A stretch of 64,000 nt of DNA, taken from Pecten maximus. Taxonomy: Eukaryota. Location of the stretch: the NCBI RefSeq assembly GCF_902652985.1, contig NC_047031.1, positions 8,680,001 to 8,744,000 on the forward strand. The letters run 5' to 3'. The notes beneath the pieces were generated by a model that was given only the letters and a program-made list of their open reading frames with translations, made no database searches and was not told the origin of the DNA. Positions within the stretch are counted from its first letter, which is position 1; each line of letters begins with the position of its first letter. Positions 12,450 to 25,393 of this stretch are shown here, piece by piece. The position numbers were made by a program, and so were the translations under genes.

Positions 12450-15400
12450 ATTTTCGTGAAATCTGACAGAGTCATCACATATCATAGTATCTGCTAAAAG
12501 AGAAAATAATGTATATCGATCGAAGCATTATTAAATGTAAGTTGGTTATCGTTTTATAACGGATTTTTTTTAACGCATATTGGTTTATAATATTTCATAT
12601 TTTGGTATATCAATTCTAGTAAAATAACCTTTTTTGAAATGATGTAAAACTTTTGAATATGTCTTGAGGCTAAGACGCGATTTTTGAATTTCGCTAAAAC
12701 TTTCCATATTAGCCTAGTAGAAGCTCGTTCATCTGCAAAATTTCCCTGACTAGTTTCCTTATACTGAAGTGATAAGGAACCGCGTACATGTGTACGTAAA
12801 TAATGATATTATATATATTCCAAAGGATTGTTTTTTCGTGAAATGCTGTAGGGTCTTAACTCTCGCTATGATAAATTGTGCTATACATCACATGTATACA
12901 CAAGTTTTTTTCTGTATTTAGAAATACATGTACAATAAATGTATATAAATACCTCGAAAAAATTGTTACAATTTGAGAAGTAGAGCATTCATATTCCAAA
13001 TACTACTGAGAATATATGTACACATAGAACATTACTTCGAGAAGTTTATTACAGATATTTTTATGTCGTCACTTTCTATCATTATCTAAGTAAATAAGAG
13101 GGATATGTCTGCAAACTAAATGATATTTTTACCTGAAACATGGCAATTCAATTTTATAGTTTCTTAATATGAGACACCTTACCATTTATTTAGTATTAGC
13201 CTGACTATATATCATTTTATTTTGTTAACGATTATGTGTATGATACTTTGTTGTTCAAGAATATCTAAACCTTGACGTATTCCAAATTTTAAATGAATAA
13301 TCACCATGAGATTACTTCTAGTATAATCATGATTCACACGATACATTGTAACACAACGGTGGCCAATCTGATAGAATGAAGTGATATTCTAAAGTCGAAT
13401 TAAACTTTCTGCATTTTGGCTCCAACTCTGTCTAGTATTAAAAGTGAAAACTGTTTCTAAATATAACAAATATATTACTGCAGTCTTGATTCGGGTTTAG
13501 ATAATGTTGGACTTTAATAATTACGCATTTCAAATCACTTACATCAGTACGAAACCATATTACTAATATAAAACACTAGTGAATATTTTATGACTTCCAG
13601 AAACCCTGACAATTGAAACGAAATTTTGAAGTTGGCTTATAAAAACCCTAGAAATGATATGTCTGTAGATTAGTGTAACAATCATTGTTAGCACGCATAA
13701 CAATGTAATTAAACAACAATGAATTTTACATGCTAAACAATAAACTTAAGATAAATGTGCAGGTATTATAGGATATTAGTACAAAATGTTACTATAAATA
13801 GGTACAGAATATGGGTTAAAGTGTGATAACCTCATGCATCATTTTATGTCGATTAGATATAGAACAGCACGGAACGATAGGCAACAAGTTTTGTTAGTCG
13901 TGAAAACATATTACGTATCACGTGATTTCCTGTTTAGAAGTTGATGTCTAAATATACACATTATTATAATATTGAAAACATATCTTATTTGATAAATTTT
14001 CCCTTTTTAATTTAAATATGGGGCCAGTACATGTCCTTCTCGATATGTTATTTGTTTCGTAACATTTCTTGATTCTTCCTCTAACATCACTGCGTGGGGT
14101 TATTTCCATATGAAGAAAATATATGTAAATTTACCTCGGGCGTATATTTCCACATTTGCAGTACAGACCAATATATCACTATAATTGTGGCAAATCACAC
14201 GAGAATAGTCAGAGAAGTATATACAAATGCAGTGTCATTATCAAAGTAGCGAAAAAAAACCAATTGTATATCTTTTTAATATTGCATTAGTTTCATATAA
14301 TTTCATATCTTAATATAAAAAAAAAATTACTAAAACATTCAATTTTAACCTCTGCCACTATTCATTATACGTACTAAATCCGGAAAATGATTTGCAGTCA
14401 ATTTATTAATATTTAAGACGGATCAACATCATTAAACAATCACTCATCAGGTAGAGACGGTTTGTGTCAAGTTAACTGTAACCTCCACAAAATCCATGCG
14501 GTTAGGTGCGGCAACATGTACCACTAACACAGGGCGTGTTAAAAATATCGTGGTTGATCAGTCTGTGACAGGTCACGTGACTGGGTGTGCGTGAAATGAA
14601 TATGCATGTTTTGCATCAAGCAACATGTTGGGTGTACTTTGGTGCAAATGTATAATTAATATTTTTATTTATAAGGAAATATGTTAATACAGTTTACATG
14701 AATGGGTCTTCGTCACGCTGTGGACCACAAATTTTAATCGTCATAATTATCACAGGTTCATCTTTTAACAGGATGTACCCTTTTTTATAAAGGGTCGCAA
14801 GGTGTGAATTAACCAACGAAAACATCAGTGAAATACACAATCGAACAAACGTTTTTGAGATGAGTTTATCAAATATAGTTATCCTGATAATGTCACCCAA
14901 ATATTACTGCTTTTTGACAATAAAGCAAAGTAAACTAGGTTGAGATTCTAAAAGAATCTGCAATAATAAATACAGACATTGGTTTTTTTCGGAGGTGATG
15001 AAGTCGACCCATTTTCTCTGTTGTCTGGAGAGAACACATCGTGGAGTCACATAGCGACATATAAAGCAGCGTGCGCATGTGCATTAGCTAATACGATGAC
15101 GTCATTATATGGAACATCAACTTACCTTTCATTTGAAGTTTTTTATTCGTTACAGAAACGATCCGAAATTCTTTGTAGGAATGATGCTTTCCCTTAGCTG
15201 TTGTTTTAGTTGTTGTAGCTTCATTTATGCAAATTTGTTTTATCTTCCGACATTTGAAATTCGCTATTTTATTTCACCAAAAACAAAACCTTTTCTAAGG
15301 TTCACGTGATGAACGGATACTCGTATACATTTATCTAGACACATACACTATTCGGATATATGGACCATATTCGGATCTTTGAGTATTGTAATCATATATG

Positions 15401-17075
15401 TGTATATAGGTAAACAGTTCACAATCTTCGTGTACTCTAGTCAAATATATCCCATACAAAAATAATGAGTCTTTAACACAAAATCAACCTGTTATCAAGT
15501 GAAATCGTCCTGAAATCGATCGTGACGTCATATTAATAACAATTACGTTACGTCATGAATTAAACATGGCGAAACAATATGTCTGCCTCCGTTTGAACCA
15601 CCCTACACACTTTGACATAAAACTTGTCAAAATGTCATATCCTTCGTTATGTGATAAAAAGTATCTTAAATTTGTTTTCTTTTTCATATGAGACTTTCTG
15701 AAACTCGCCAGGCATACATTTTTTTTTTAAATCTAGAACTTTTTCATAAAATCACATCTCCTTCAAGATCTTATGCAATTTTATTCTATGGTCATGAAAT
15801 AAAACAAGCTCTAATACATGACTGTTTCAAATTCTTTATCGGATTGACTTTCCTCAAATACTAAACAATTATTTTATGGCATGCTGTAAACATATAAAAA
15901 CCTTTTTCTATAGCATTTGGACACACAAAAATAAAATTATCCTATTTTGATAGAATGAATACCAAAATTTCCTTAAAATATGCCATTTACTTGTCAAAAT
16001 ATCAAATATATAGGCTATATTCTTATATACGGTAACGTAAAAGTTTGAATGTAAGAAAAAGCGTATGTTACACGAGAGCCAGTAGTCATTTTAGGGTTCA
16101 CATATTAGACAGCAGGGAGGATGTCAGTGCGGGGTTCACACACGAGACAGCAAGGGTTGGTCAATGAGGGGTCCACACATTTGATTAGATAGCAAGCTAA
16201 GGGAAATGACATTTCGGAGTGCACACCTGAAACAGGGGGTTAATAATTTGGGGTTTACACATGAGAACGCAGGGAGGGGTAAGACTGGGGATGACACATT
16301 AGACAGCAGGGGTGGTGTCTTTGTTTACAAGATTTCCAAAGAGTTGTTTTATTCGCCACGTAAATCACGAAAAATCGAACGGTTACCATGTGTGTGTAGG
16401 TATTTCACAATAGGTTGACTTCGACGAAAAACACTAATCATGCTTCTCACCTGAATGGTTATATTCAATTAAAATCACTGCCTGAACTAATGTTAATACT
16501 CTTATCTCTTTATCTTTAAGTTAAGAGATTCAATACATTGTTAATTATTTACAATCAGTAGACTAAGGATAAGAAAAAAAGTATATATACTACAAATCAC
16601 TTACATTTCGTAAATACATAATACTTCGCGAGCTTGCCTTTTCAGACACATTCGCGATTACCTGATTTCGCGAACATTGATCTGGATATAGCTTTAAATT
16701 CGCGCATGATGAGCTATTAGAGACATGAACTCCGCAAGGCTACTATTTCGGTATGAAATAGCTTGGTCGCCATCCAAATTTGTTATATAATTTTCGTAAA
16801 AATAATCGCGAATAATTTGAATTCGCGAATAACTCTTCTCTCGCATTAACACGAATATAAATGTAACGCGAAATAAAGTGATTTACATGAGTATTACAGA
16901 CATTTATCTTTGGTTTCTAAAACAGAAATACTTGATATTACAAAGGGAAACAGAACGGTTCCTTCGACTTCGACTATGAAGGGAAAACTGTTATAGAGGT
17001 CATGCTGGGAAAGATCTCTACTTCGTTAATAGAAACTAGTAGTAAACACACAAAACAAATCAAGATAAAACTTAC

Positions 17076-17894
17076 TTGTAGTTGTCGGAGTTGTGGTCGT
17101 AGTTGTTGGAGTGGTAGTTGTAGTTGTTGGTGTAGTTGTGGTGGTTGGCGTGGTAGTTGTGGTGGTTGGCGTGGTGGTTGTGGTTGTAGGAGTGGTGGTC
17201 GTAGTTGTAGGAGTAGTGGTTGTAGTTGTAGGAGTGGTAGTTGTAGTTGTTGGTGTAGTTGTGGTGGTTGGCGTGGTGGTTGTGGTTGTAGGCGTGGTGG
17301 TTGTGGTTGTAGGAGTGGTGGTTGTAGTTGTAGGAGTGGTAGTTGTAGTTGTTGGAGTGGTCGTTGTAGTTGTTGGAGTGGTAGTTGTGGTTGTTGGAGT
17401 GGTAGTTGTAGTTGTTGGTGTAGTTGTGGTGGTTGGCGTGGTAGTTGTGGTTGTTGGAGTGGTGGTCGTAGTTGTAGGAGTGGTAGTTGTGGTTGTTGGA
17501 GTGGTAGTTGTTGTAGTTGGAGTGGTGGTTGTAGTTGTTGGTGTAGTTGTGGTGGTGGTTGGCGTGGTGGTTGTAGTTGTAGGAGTGGTGGTTGTAGTTG
17601 TAGGAGTGGTGGTTGTAGTTGTAGGAGTGGTTGTTGTAGTTGTTGGTGTAGTTGTGGTGGTGGTTGGCGTGGTGGTTGTAGTTGTAGGAGTGGTAGTTGT
17701 AGTTGTTGGTGTAGTTGTGGTGGTGGTTCGTGTGGTTGTCGTTGTTGTAGGAGTAGTAGTTGTTGTTGTAGGTGTGGTAGTTGTAGTTGTTGGTGTTGTG
17801 GTTGTTGTTGGTGTTGTGGTTGTACTTGATGTTGTAGTTGTCGTCGTTGGTAAAAGACCAGGAGGTATTTCAATGTCCGTTCCGTTACACGTAT
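17076..17894 (-). CDS. Gene A exon: CNG linker plus (PTTTTTT)n mucin tract (unit 1)
   Basis: Acceptor ttaaag 17895-17896 after a pyrimidine tract, donor gtaagt 17070-17075, 819 nt, phase 1-1, frame of ORF 17026..17928. Confidence 0.9.
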
Positions 17895-18131
17895 CTTTAA
17901 TCCAGAGAGAAAAAGAATTGGTTAACATTGATGAGTCAATATAGAGTTTGCTACTTTTGTTTCAAAGAGAAAGTCATTATAGTATTGTATGTATGTCATT
18001 TCTTATTTGAATATGGAGTTGAATCAAACAAAACAGGAACATAAGTCAATTGTTTCATCTGAGACTTACCGAAAATAGATATTTGTCCAAATTAAACCTT
18101 TACTAATGGAATAGATGATATTATGACTTAC

Positions 18132-18431
18132 GGATGGAATAAGTGATGTTATGACACTGCAGGGGACTAATAGGATCCAACCAAAATTCCTCTTCGGAAA
18201 TTTCCCTGTATGGGGCCTCACACACACAGCGGCCATTTTTACACACTGACGGATACAAACATTCTCGTATTTCTCCGCATGCTTCTCCCATGTAAGCTAC
18301 ATCCGGCAATTTACACCTGCCATCATCCGTCCGCAGGAACACCTCAAAACACTCGCATGTATCCCGACACAGGGAGAAAGGTGACATGCATTTTGTTGTA
18401 TACCAATCACAAGTCTCGCCCATACGCTTCG
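18132..18431 (-). CDS. Gene A exon: paired EB/EGF-like modules, 12 Cys (unit 1)
   Basis: Acceptor gttacag 18432-18433, donor gtaagt 18126-18131, 300 nt, phase 1-1. AKRMGETCDWYTTKCMSPFSLC...EEEFWLDPISPLQCHNITYSI. Confidence 0.92.
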
Positions 18432-18613
18432 CTGTAACAGATATAGAGAGATCAATGGTTGACATTCAGTTAGCACAGTGAAATCTCTGTTGTTTTATGT
18501 TGATTAAGTTGCTTTATTGACATTAAGTTATAACTGTTGCTTTGTTTCACTACGGCCTTTGTAACTGAAAAACAGGATATCTGCTTATTACTATTAAACG
18601 ATGCCTTGCCTCT

Positions 18614-19018
18614 GTAACGTTTTCGGCATCAACGCCCCTGCGACCTACGTGGTATGAACTTATCCGGACTTTCCTTGATTTGACCAAGATTTGCCCAGTT
18701 GTTTTTTGGGTTATTTTTTATTGATTTGACAAAGATTCAACTGGAATTCACCCAGATTGACCTAGATTTGACCGAGATGAACCTGGACTTTACCCGGATT
18801 TACCATGATTTGACCCAAGCTTTCCGTGATTTCAACCAGATATACCTAGACTTGGCCCATATTGCCCAATATTTGACCAAGATTTTTCTTTATTTGGTTC
18901 AGATTGACCATGACTTGACCAAAATTAACTGGACTTTACCTGGCTTTCCTTGATTTTACCCAAATTGTCCTTGATTTGAACCAGATTTACCTGGACGATG
19001 ACGCAGAAAACGGTTACC
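18614..19018. mobile_element. Putative MITE with internal degenerate ~21-bp repeats
   Basis: Ends gtaacgttttcggcatca / gatgacgcagaaaacggttac are imperfect inverted repeats. Interior consists of gatttgacccagatttacctg-like units. Confidence 0.45.
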
Positions 19019-21196
19019 CTATTGGTCTATACAGTCTTCTTCTCATTGTACGTTTCAGCTTTGAAGCTTATTTATTATTATAGGAATAGTTTCCCCCGAG
19101 GTATTGATTATGTGTTAGAAGTGAGAGTCTAGTACTCCCAATTCTAGTTACTGTCTTGACATAACCAAAGTCCATATCATGTAAAAGTAGAGATATATGT
19201 GAGAGTCAGTACTGTTTTTATGACGTTCTTTAATTTTAACATTAAAATATTCATTGTAAAAATCAATACTTTTCTTTTGTCAAGATTCTTTCTTATGCAT
19301 CAATCAAAGAATATCGCTTTGGTAAAGACAGATCAGAAAAAAAGAAATATTGACCTCGGCTCTCTCTTAGTCAACGCTAACTCCCTAATGTCTATACTAG
19401 TACAGATCTACTCTTCTACGAAAGTCCCTTGTTGGTAAGTAATTGTAAAAATATCCGATGTACTTACTTAAATAACTTACAAAGGTTTATCATCCAGAGA
19501 ATAATGTGATAGTTAACGTTAAACAATTAACAAATTATCGCTTACTTCAGAGTCTATTTCTCGAGTTTCATAACGTTTATGTCTCTAGATAACTTGCCAC
19601 GTGATATAAACGCTAATGCTGTAAACAGGCGTGGCTGGTATTGATGATTATCAACAACATATGTCTTATACAGAAATCATACGATATTTACAGCGGCTAT
19701 GTTAAACAATTATTGAAACAAAAATACATTTCGTGGTTTGCAATTCATTCAAATATAGTTATGATAGAACAGGAAAATCATTAATCATAATTGAAACATT
19801 TTAAGATATGTGATAACTTGGACAGAAATCTATTCAACGTCACTAAAGATATGAATACAATTAGGAAATTAATAAATTATTTATACATATCAGGCATATC
19901 ATTAGATATAGTATCAATAGACATCAAGGCAAGGGTTAGAATGGAATAAAAGGAAATAGTACGACGTTTGAACAGATAGTACACAACCTCTTCCATATAT
20001 TTAAATGGAAATATTCTAAAAAGTGTAAAAAGGTAGTACCAAATGCCCTTTATAGACAAAATATTCTAAATTAATGCGCGACATGTACGTACAGAACGAG
20101 AAATGTCTAAAATATGTCTTAATTGATTAAAAATGTATCATTATAGGCGCGGGGAGTTTTGATGGTAGATGATGGATCATATGAATAGCAATGAATATCA
20201 ATTGAAGTCAGCTAAAACCTTAGCTTGTATAGGATATGTGTTACAGTAAAGACAGTCGATTTATCTACATACTATAATAAAATGTAGTATACAATACAGT
20301 AGACGTGTGTAGGTTTTTCTACTGATGGGAACTTTTAGGAATAACTATTTTCTAGTGATAAAACACATATGTGATTTTAATACATGTGGTATCAACAGGG
20401 TCACATATAAAAGTTGAACTTGACTAGGGTTCAAGAATACTGTTTTTCATGTTCAAATAAGTCTGATGAAGCTATGTCATTTTAGATTAGGTTGCCTTAT
20501 TGGCATTGCATAACTTAGGCCCTTAGCATTGTGACGAGTCACAAAAGGACGACACAGCAATTTGATTCAATTTTTACTCTACTGTATCTGACCCAAATTT
20601 ATATTGAAATGTGTTCATATTTTCTGGATCTTTTGCACAATACATAGACATGCAAGGAAAACGATATCAAACGAACGGGTAACCGAAAAGATAATTTATA
20701 CTTTCTTTTGTCTTTTTATTTATTTGTTATTTTCAATCTTGATATGCTCACTAAATTCGCAGATATCAGATACACACAAAGAGACACGATATTCTTTGTT
20801 TCAGATTTTTCTAATAGTTGCTAGATATTCATTTTTGCAATATATTATAACAAAATAAATTTTAAAAAAAAATTTGCAGCAATTATTCATCTTGAGAAAA
20901 TAAAAATTCTCAACATTTTGTTCCCAATATTTTTTTTCCACTCGAAATATACTATGCTTATTGTAATGACTACCTATTAGGGAGCATGTCATTAAAACGG
21001 TTATAATGATGTTGTTGTTTTTTGTTTGTTTTTTTTTTTTGCTTTTTTTTTTTTTTTTTTTTGTTGTTGTTTTGTTGTTTTTTTTTTTGTTAATATTACT
21101 GCAATGCACAGATAAATGACTATTGCGATTAGGGTCAACACTAAAGGAATCGTAAGTAAACAAAATAAATAAGAAATAAACTATTTGCAAACATAC

Positions 21197-21340
21197 CTGC
21201 TAAACATCTGTCTCTGTCATCACTAGCAACGTAACCCTCTATACATCGGCACGTGTACCCGTCGCACGCACTGGGTTGGCATTGGGCGTGGTCTGGACAC
21301 TCGGAATGGGACGAACATTTTTTATATATCTTTAAAGTGC
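21197..21340 (-). CDS. Gene A coding exon 2: first 7-Cys EGF-like module
   Basis: Acceptor ttccag 21341-21342, donor gtatgt 21191-21196, 144 nt, phase 1-1. (C)TLKIYKKCSSHSECPDHAQCQPSACDGYTCRCIEGYVASDDRDRCLA; same Cys spacing as the modules at 3764 and 451. Not in the ORF track. Confidence 0.9.
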
Positions 21341-22437
21341 CTGGAATTGTAACAAAACACCAGAGTAAGTATCACGTCAATATCATTGGTTAGCAGTAAT
21401 TAGATATGTTTGAGACAGAATCCAGTATCACTGATAACTGTTTGATACTAGAACACTGAATTCTAGTATCTAGCTATGCGATATTTTAATATTTATTTTA
21501 TTTTATTATTTTTCACATAAATGTATTTTATTTTTATTTTTAAACTGAGTTTTATTTGTCAATTTACATTTAATAATATATATATACAACATATAAATGA
21601 TAATAAAAAAAGGAATTAGAAGCAAGTGTCAATAATGATTGCCTCTAGAATAATTACTCTTTCGTACTTTATAGAGCAAACACATAAGCCAATATATGTT
21701 ACGAGAATATTATATTTCTCAGCAACTATAGAATACATGTTCAGAAGATATCTCGCTTAATGCGGAGTTTTTTAAGCTAAATGGAAACTTGGAAATGTGA
21801 ACTACAGAAACAAACACAGCATACCGCAGAAGAATAAGACTCAGTATACCGAAGAGTAATTTCAATTTTTCAATTTTTGTTTTATTCTATATGCATCAGC
21901 ATATAGGATTATAATATACATACAAATTATAACATATTCAATTTTACAGGATGTTATAGCCTTTTGAGACCTCGACGATACCAGTCATACTGTCGTTGCT
22001 TTGGCAAATGCCATTAAGAAATGTTATGCAAAAAATGCCACCTGGTCTCGCCTTCTCTTTTCATATTTTATTTTTGCTTTTTTATTTTTCTTCTCCTTCT
22101 TTTGAAACTTGTCATTAAAATACAGGTATATGCAAATCCCATTAAAAGAGTAACATAAATTTAAATAAATCTAAAATTCGTGTTTCATACAGCTCATTAA
22201 TTATTATGTCATCGTGTTATTAAACTAATTGCCAATCACCGTGCTTTGATCAACGACGTAATACAATGACTCTGTCAACAGAGACTTGTCACTATCCTAC
22301 CGGAAGTAGGCTGTTTTTGACGTAGAGTCGACGTTGATAAATATTAACTGTATGGTAGGGGCGTATAAAAGTATCAATTAATCAATCTGGCTCTTACACA
22401 ACGTCAACACAAATACATGTACAGAATCTAACATGGG

Positions 22438-22630
22438 TTGAAATGCTCTACAAATAAAACAAGTTACAATAGTTTACATATTTAAAAAGCTATCCACATC
22501 TCAGAATTTAAAACAATTTGAAATGCTCTACACATAAAATTAACTACAATAGTTTACATATTTAAAAAGCTATCCACATCTCAGAATTTAAAACAATTTG
22601 AAATGCTCTACACATAACATTAACTACAAT
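22438..22630. repeat. 80-bp tandem repeat, ~2.4 copies
   Basis: ttgaaatgctctac... starts at 22438, 22518 and 22598. Confidence 0.9.
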
Positions 22631-23808
22631 ATATTCATGTATGATTCACAAATCGTGATTTAAATCCTAATATGGCAATCACCAGGCTTTGTTGACTTGA
22701 TAAACATAAATAAAAACGTGTGATGCATTCTCAAACAACAATCAGGATTAACGTCAGAAATCATATTGTTAAAATAACACCAACAACAAAACGAGAAGGC
22801 AGAAAATGTCAACATAAAACTAAACTCTAAACGTGATTGTGAGTTTCTTACATACGATTAAATAACCATGCAAAATTTTTGAACTGAATTAAATAATATA
22901 CGGAGATGTTTGATGTGCAAAGAGAACTCAATTAAGTAACCGAAATCTTACAACTCAAAATCGGAAAAACGAGAGAATGTATAAGTAAACTATAGATTTA
23001 TAAGACACTAAAAAAAATTTAAAAAAAAAGAAACATACAAAAATAGGAACATGTGTTCCGGAATGATAAGCGTCCTCTGTATTATCGATTTTGATAAAGT
23101 GTGGATTAAATCAAGATGATGCCATGATTTCAAAACAAGAACAATGGCAGTGACATTTGAACCATCATATATGTGGTAAGCGAACACGCCGCATGTCACA
23201 ACAGAAATACATAATCCCCGTTGAGATAATGGTTTTGACTATTTACGATTATATTTATTGCCCTACATCTCTAATGAAAGATGTCGGAGCACATTGATAT
23301 TGATAAACAATATCTTAACAGGTCTGTGTAATACTAAAAATAATCCAACTTGTCTAAAATTTGCAGATTCTATATGATGCATGTAATTTATAAGAAGGAG
23401 GTATTATAACGGAATGGTTTTATGTCCTCCACAGACATAGGGAAACTGTCAACCAAACCTGAACAATCAGTTGTTCTCTTCTTACGTCATGCAGTAAGAT
23501 AAATAACTATTTATGTAGGTATATGTTTTTGATTTGGAGAAACATTCTTGATCTTTATTGGTTATAATACTGTTAGAAAAAACACAGAAAATATATCAAA
23601 AACCTTCATCAACCAGCGATTACATCAAACAATTATCCATAGGCATATGAATGCGCATGCCCACTAAAGAAAAATTACATGAAACCGCGCAGTTGTTTTA
23701 TGTCAAATACAGTAGTTTGAAATGAACATCAACGATGAAAACAAAATCATTACGAAATATGCTTATGTAGAGGTGTAAGACGACAATGCTTTATTGCATG
23801 TAATTTTA

Positions 23809-24280
23809 CAGGGTTCATACGGATTATGTCAAACCAAATTCAAGGCCTTTGGATGGCTTTTTCGCTGTCTTTATTAAATACCCAAGGCCCGTTTTACCTG
23901 TCGTCCAAGTCAGCTTGAGAGGAACTATAAGATCAAAACATCAATTCAAAACTGTCCACTTGATCCAAATACAACTTGATATGGTTATTATTCTTATCAA
24001 ACATTCATAAAAACAGTAACGTCAGTAGGGGAGGCGGTAAAGACAAAATTGAATCAAACTGATCAGTGGCCAGGGTTTCACTTATCCTTATAAAACCTTA
24101 ATATGCAAGTTTTCAAGGCTGTAGACCATTTTTCAAGGCTTTTCAAAGCCCAGAATGAAATTCAAGGCTTTTCAAGGCCCAATGTGTTGTTCAAGGCTTT
24201 TCAAGGCCCAAGGTGGACTTCAAGGCTTTTTAAAGCTCCGAATGAAATTCAAGGCTTTCTCAAGGCCCGTGCTAACCCTG
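23809..24280. mobile_element. Non-autonomous DNA transposon/MITE with TTCAAGGC subterminal repeats
   Basis: Termini cagggttcatacgg ... ccgtgctaaccctg are imperfect inverted repeats; many (t)tcaaggct(tt) motifs at 24110-24268. Confidence 0.6.
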
Positions 24281-24853
24281 TTTAAGCTGGAGGTAGTGAC
24301 ACACAGTTACTGCGATAAAGACACAGTCAACACAAGGTAATCATATCTATCCACTAAGTTAGATATCTGAAGTAGGAAGCAAACTATAGTATACTTATAT
24401 ATCAAGTAGGCAGTGTTTCGAAAAGACAGATGTTTTAATGTACTTGATAAAATTTCGGATATTTCATATTTGTCGTCTTAATGTTCCCCCTAACTTTAGA
24501 TAAATGATCCGTTAACATGGCCATGACTCAAGATATTTTAATACGCACTACTTTCCGCCGTATACAAACAAACCTTGAGCGCGTGTGGCTGAAGGGATTA
24601 AACTGATTCATAACAACAGTCCGTCATGCCATGATTTAACACAGAAATCACCTGTTAATGACAATTATTACCTAAATTCCACAAACGTAACACGCTGGTG
24701 TGAGACCATCTATTATAACGAAATTTACTGTATAGTGTTATACTTAACAATGGGCTAAGATAATAGCGTACGTATTCAATGTATGTATATATATATACCT
24801 GTACAACAATAGTGATGATATCTTACAGCAATAGTGACTATATTAAAATATAC

Positions 24854-25393
24854 TTTATCACTAGCAAATAAAGGAAGGAAAGATTTGTTATCAAATTTCA
24901 TTCTTTATCACTAGCAAATGGACGAAGGAAAGATTTGTTATTAAATTTCATTCTTTATCACTTCCAAGTAAAAGAAGGAAACATTTGTTATCAAATTTCA
25001 TTCTTTATCACTAGCAAATAAAGGAAGGAAAAATTTGTTATCATTTCATTCTTTATCACTAGCAAATAAAGGAAGGAAAAATTTGTTATCAAATTTCATT
25101 CTTTATCACTAGCAAATGAACGAAGGAAAGATTTGTTATCAAATTTCATTTTTTGTCACTAGCAAATGAACGAAGGAAAGATTTGTTATCAAATTTCATT
25201 TTTTATCACTAGCAAATGAACGAAGGAAAGATTTGTTATCAAATTTCATTTTTTATCACTAGCAAATGGACGAAGGAAAAATTTGTTATTAAATTTCATT
25301 CTTAATCACTAGCAAATAAACAAAGTAAAAATTTGTTATCAAATTTCACTTTTTATCACTAGCAAATGAATAAAGGAAAGATTTGTTTTCAAA
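24854..25393. repeat. 50-bp minisatellite, ~11 copies
   Basis: Head-to-tail unit tttatcactagcaaatgaacgaaggaaagatttgttatcaaatttcattc, no unique spacers. Confidence 0.95.

Noticed and set aside
13132-16481. Small AG...GT-bounded minus-strand segments (~16451-16481, 14135-14178, 13543-13605, 13183-13200) as the start of an independent gene for the TM cassette
   Set aside because: I could not chain any of them into an ATG-initiated frame entering exon 12026 in phase 1; they remain possible UTR exons, so not fully excluded.
16974-17873. Gln/Leu/Pro-rich ORF on the minus strand
   Set aside because: Alternative frame of the PTTTTTT exon; not compatible with the phase-1 junctions.
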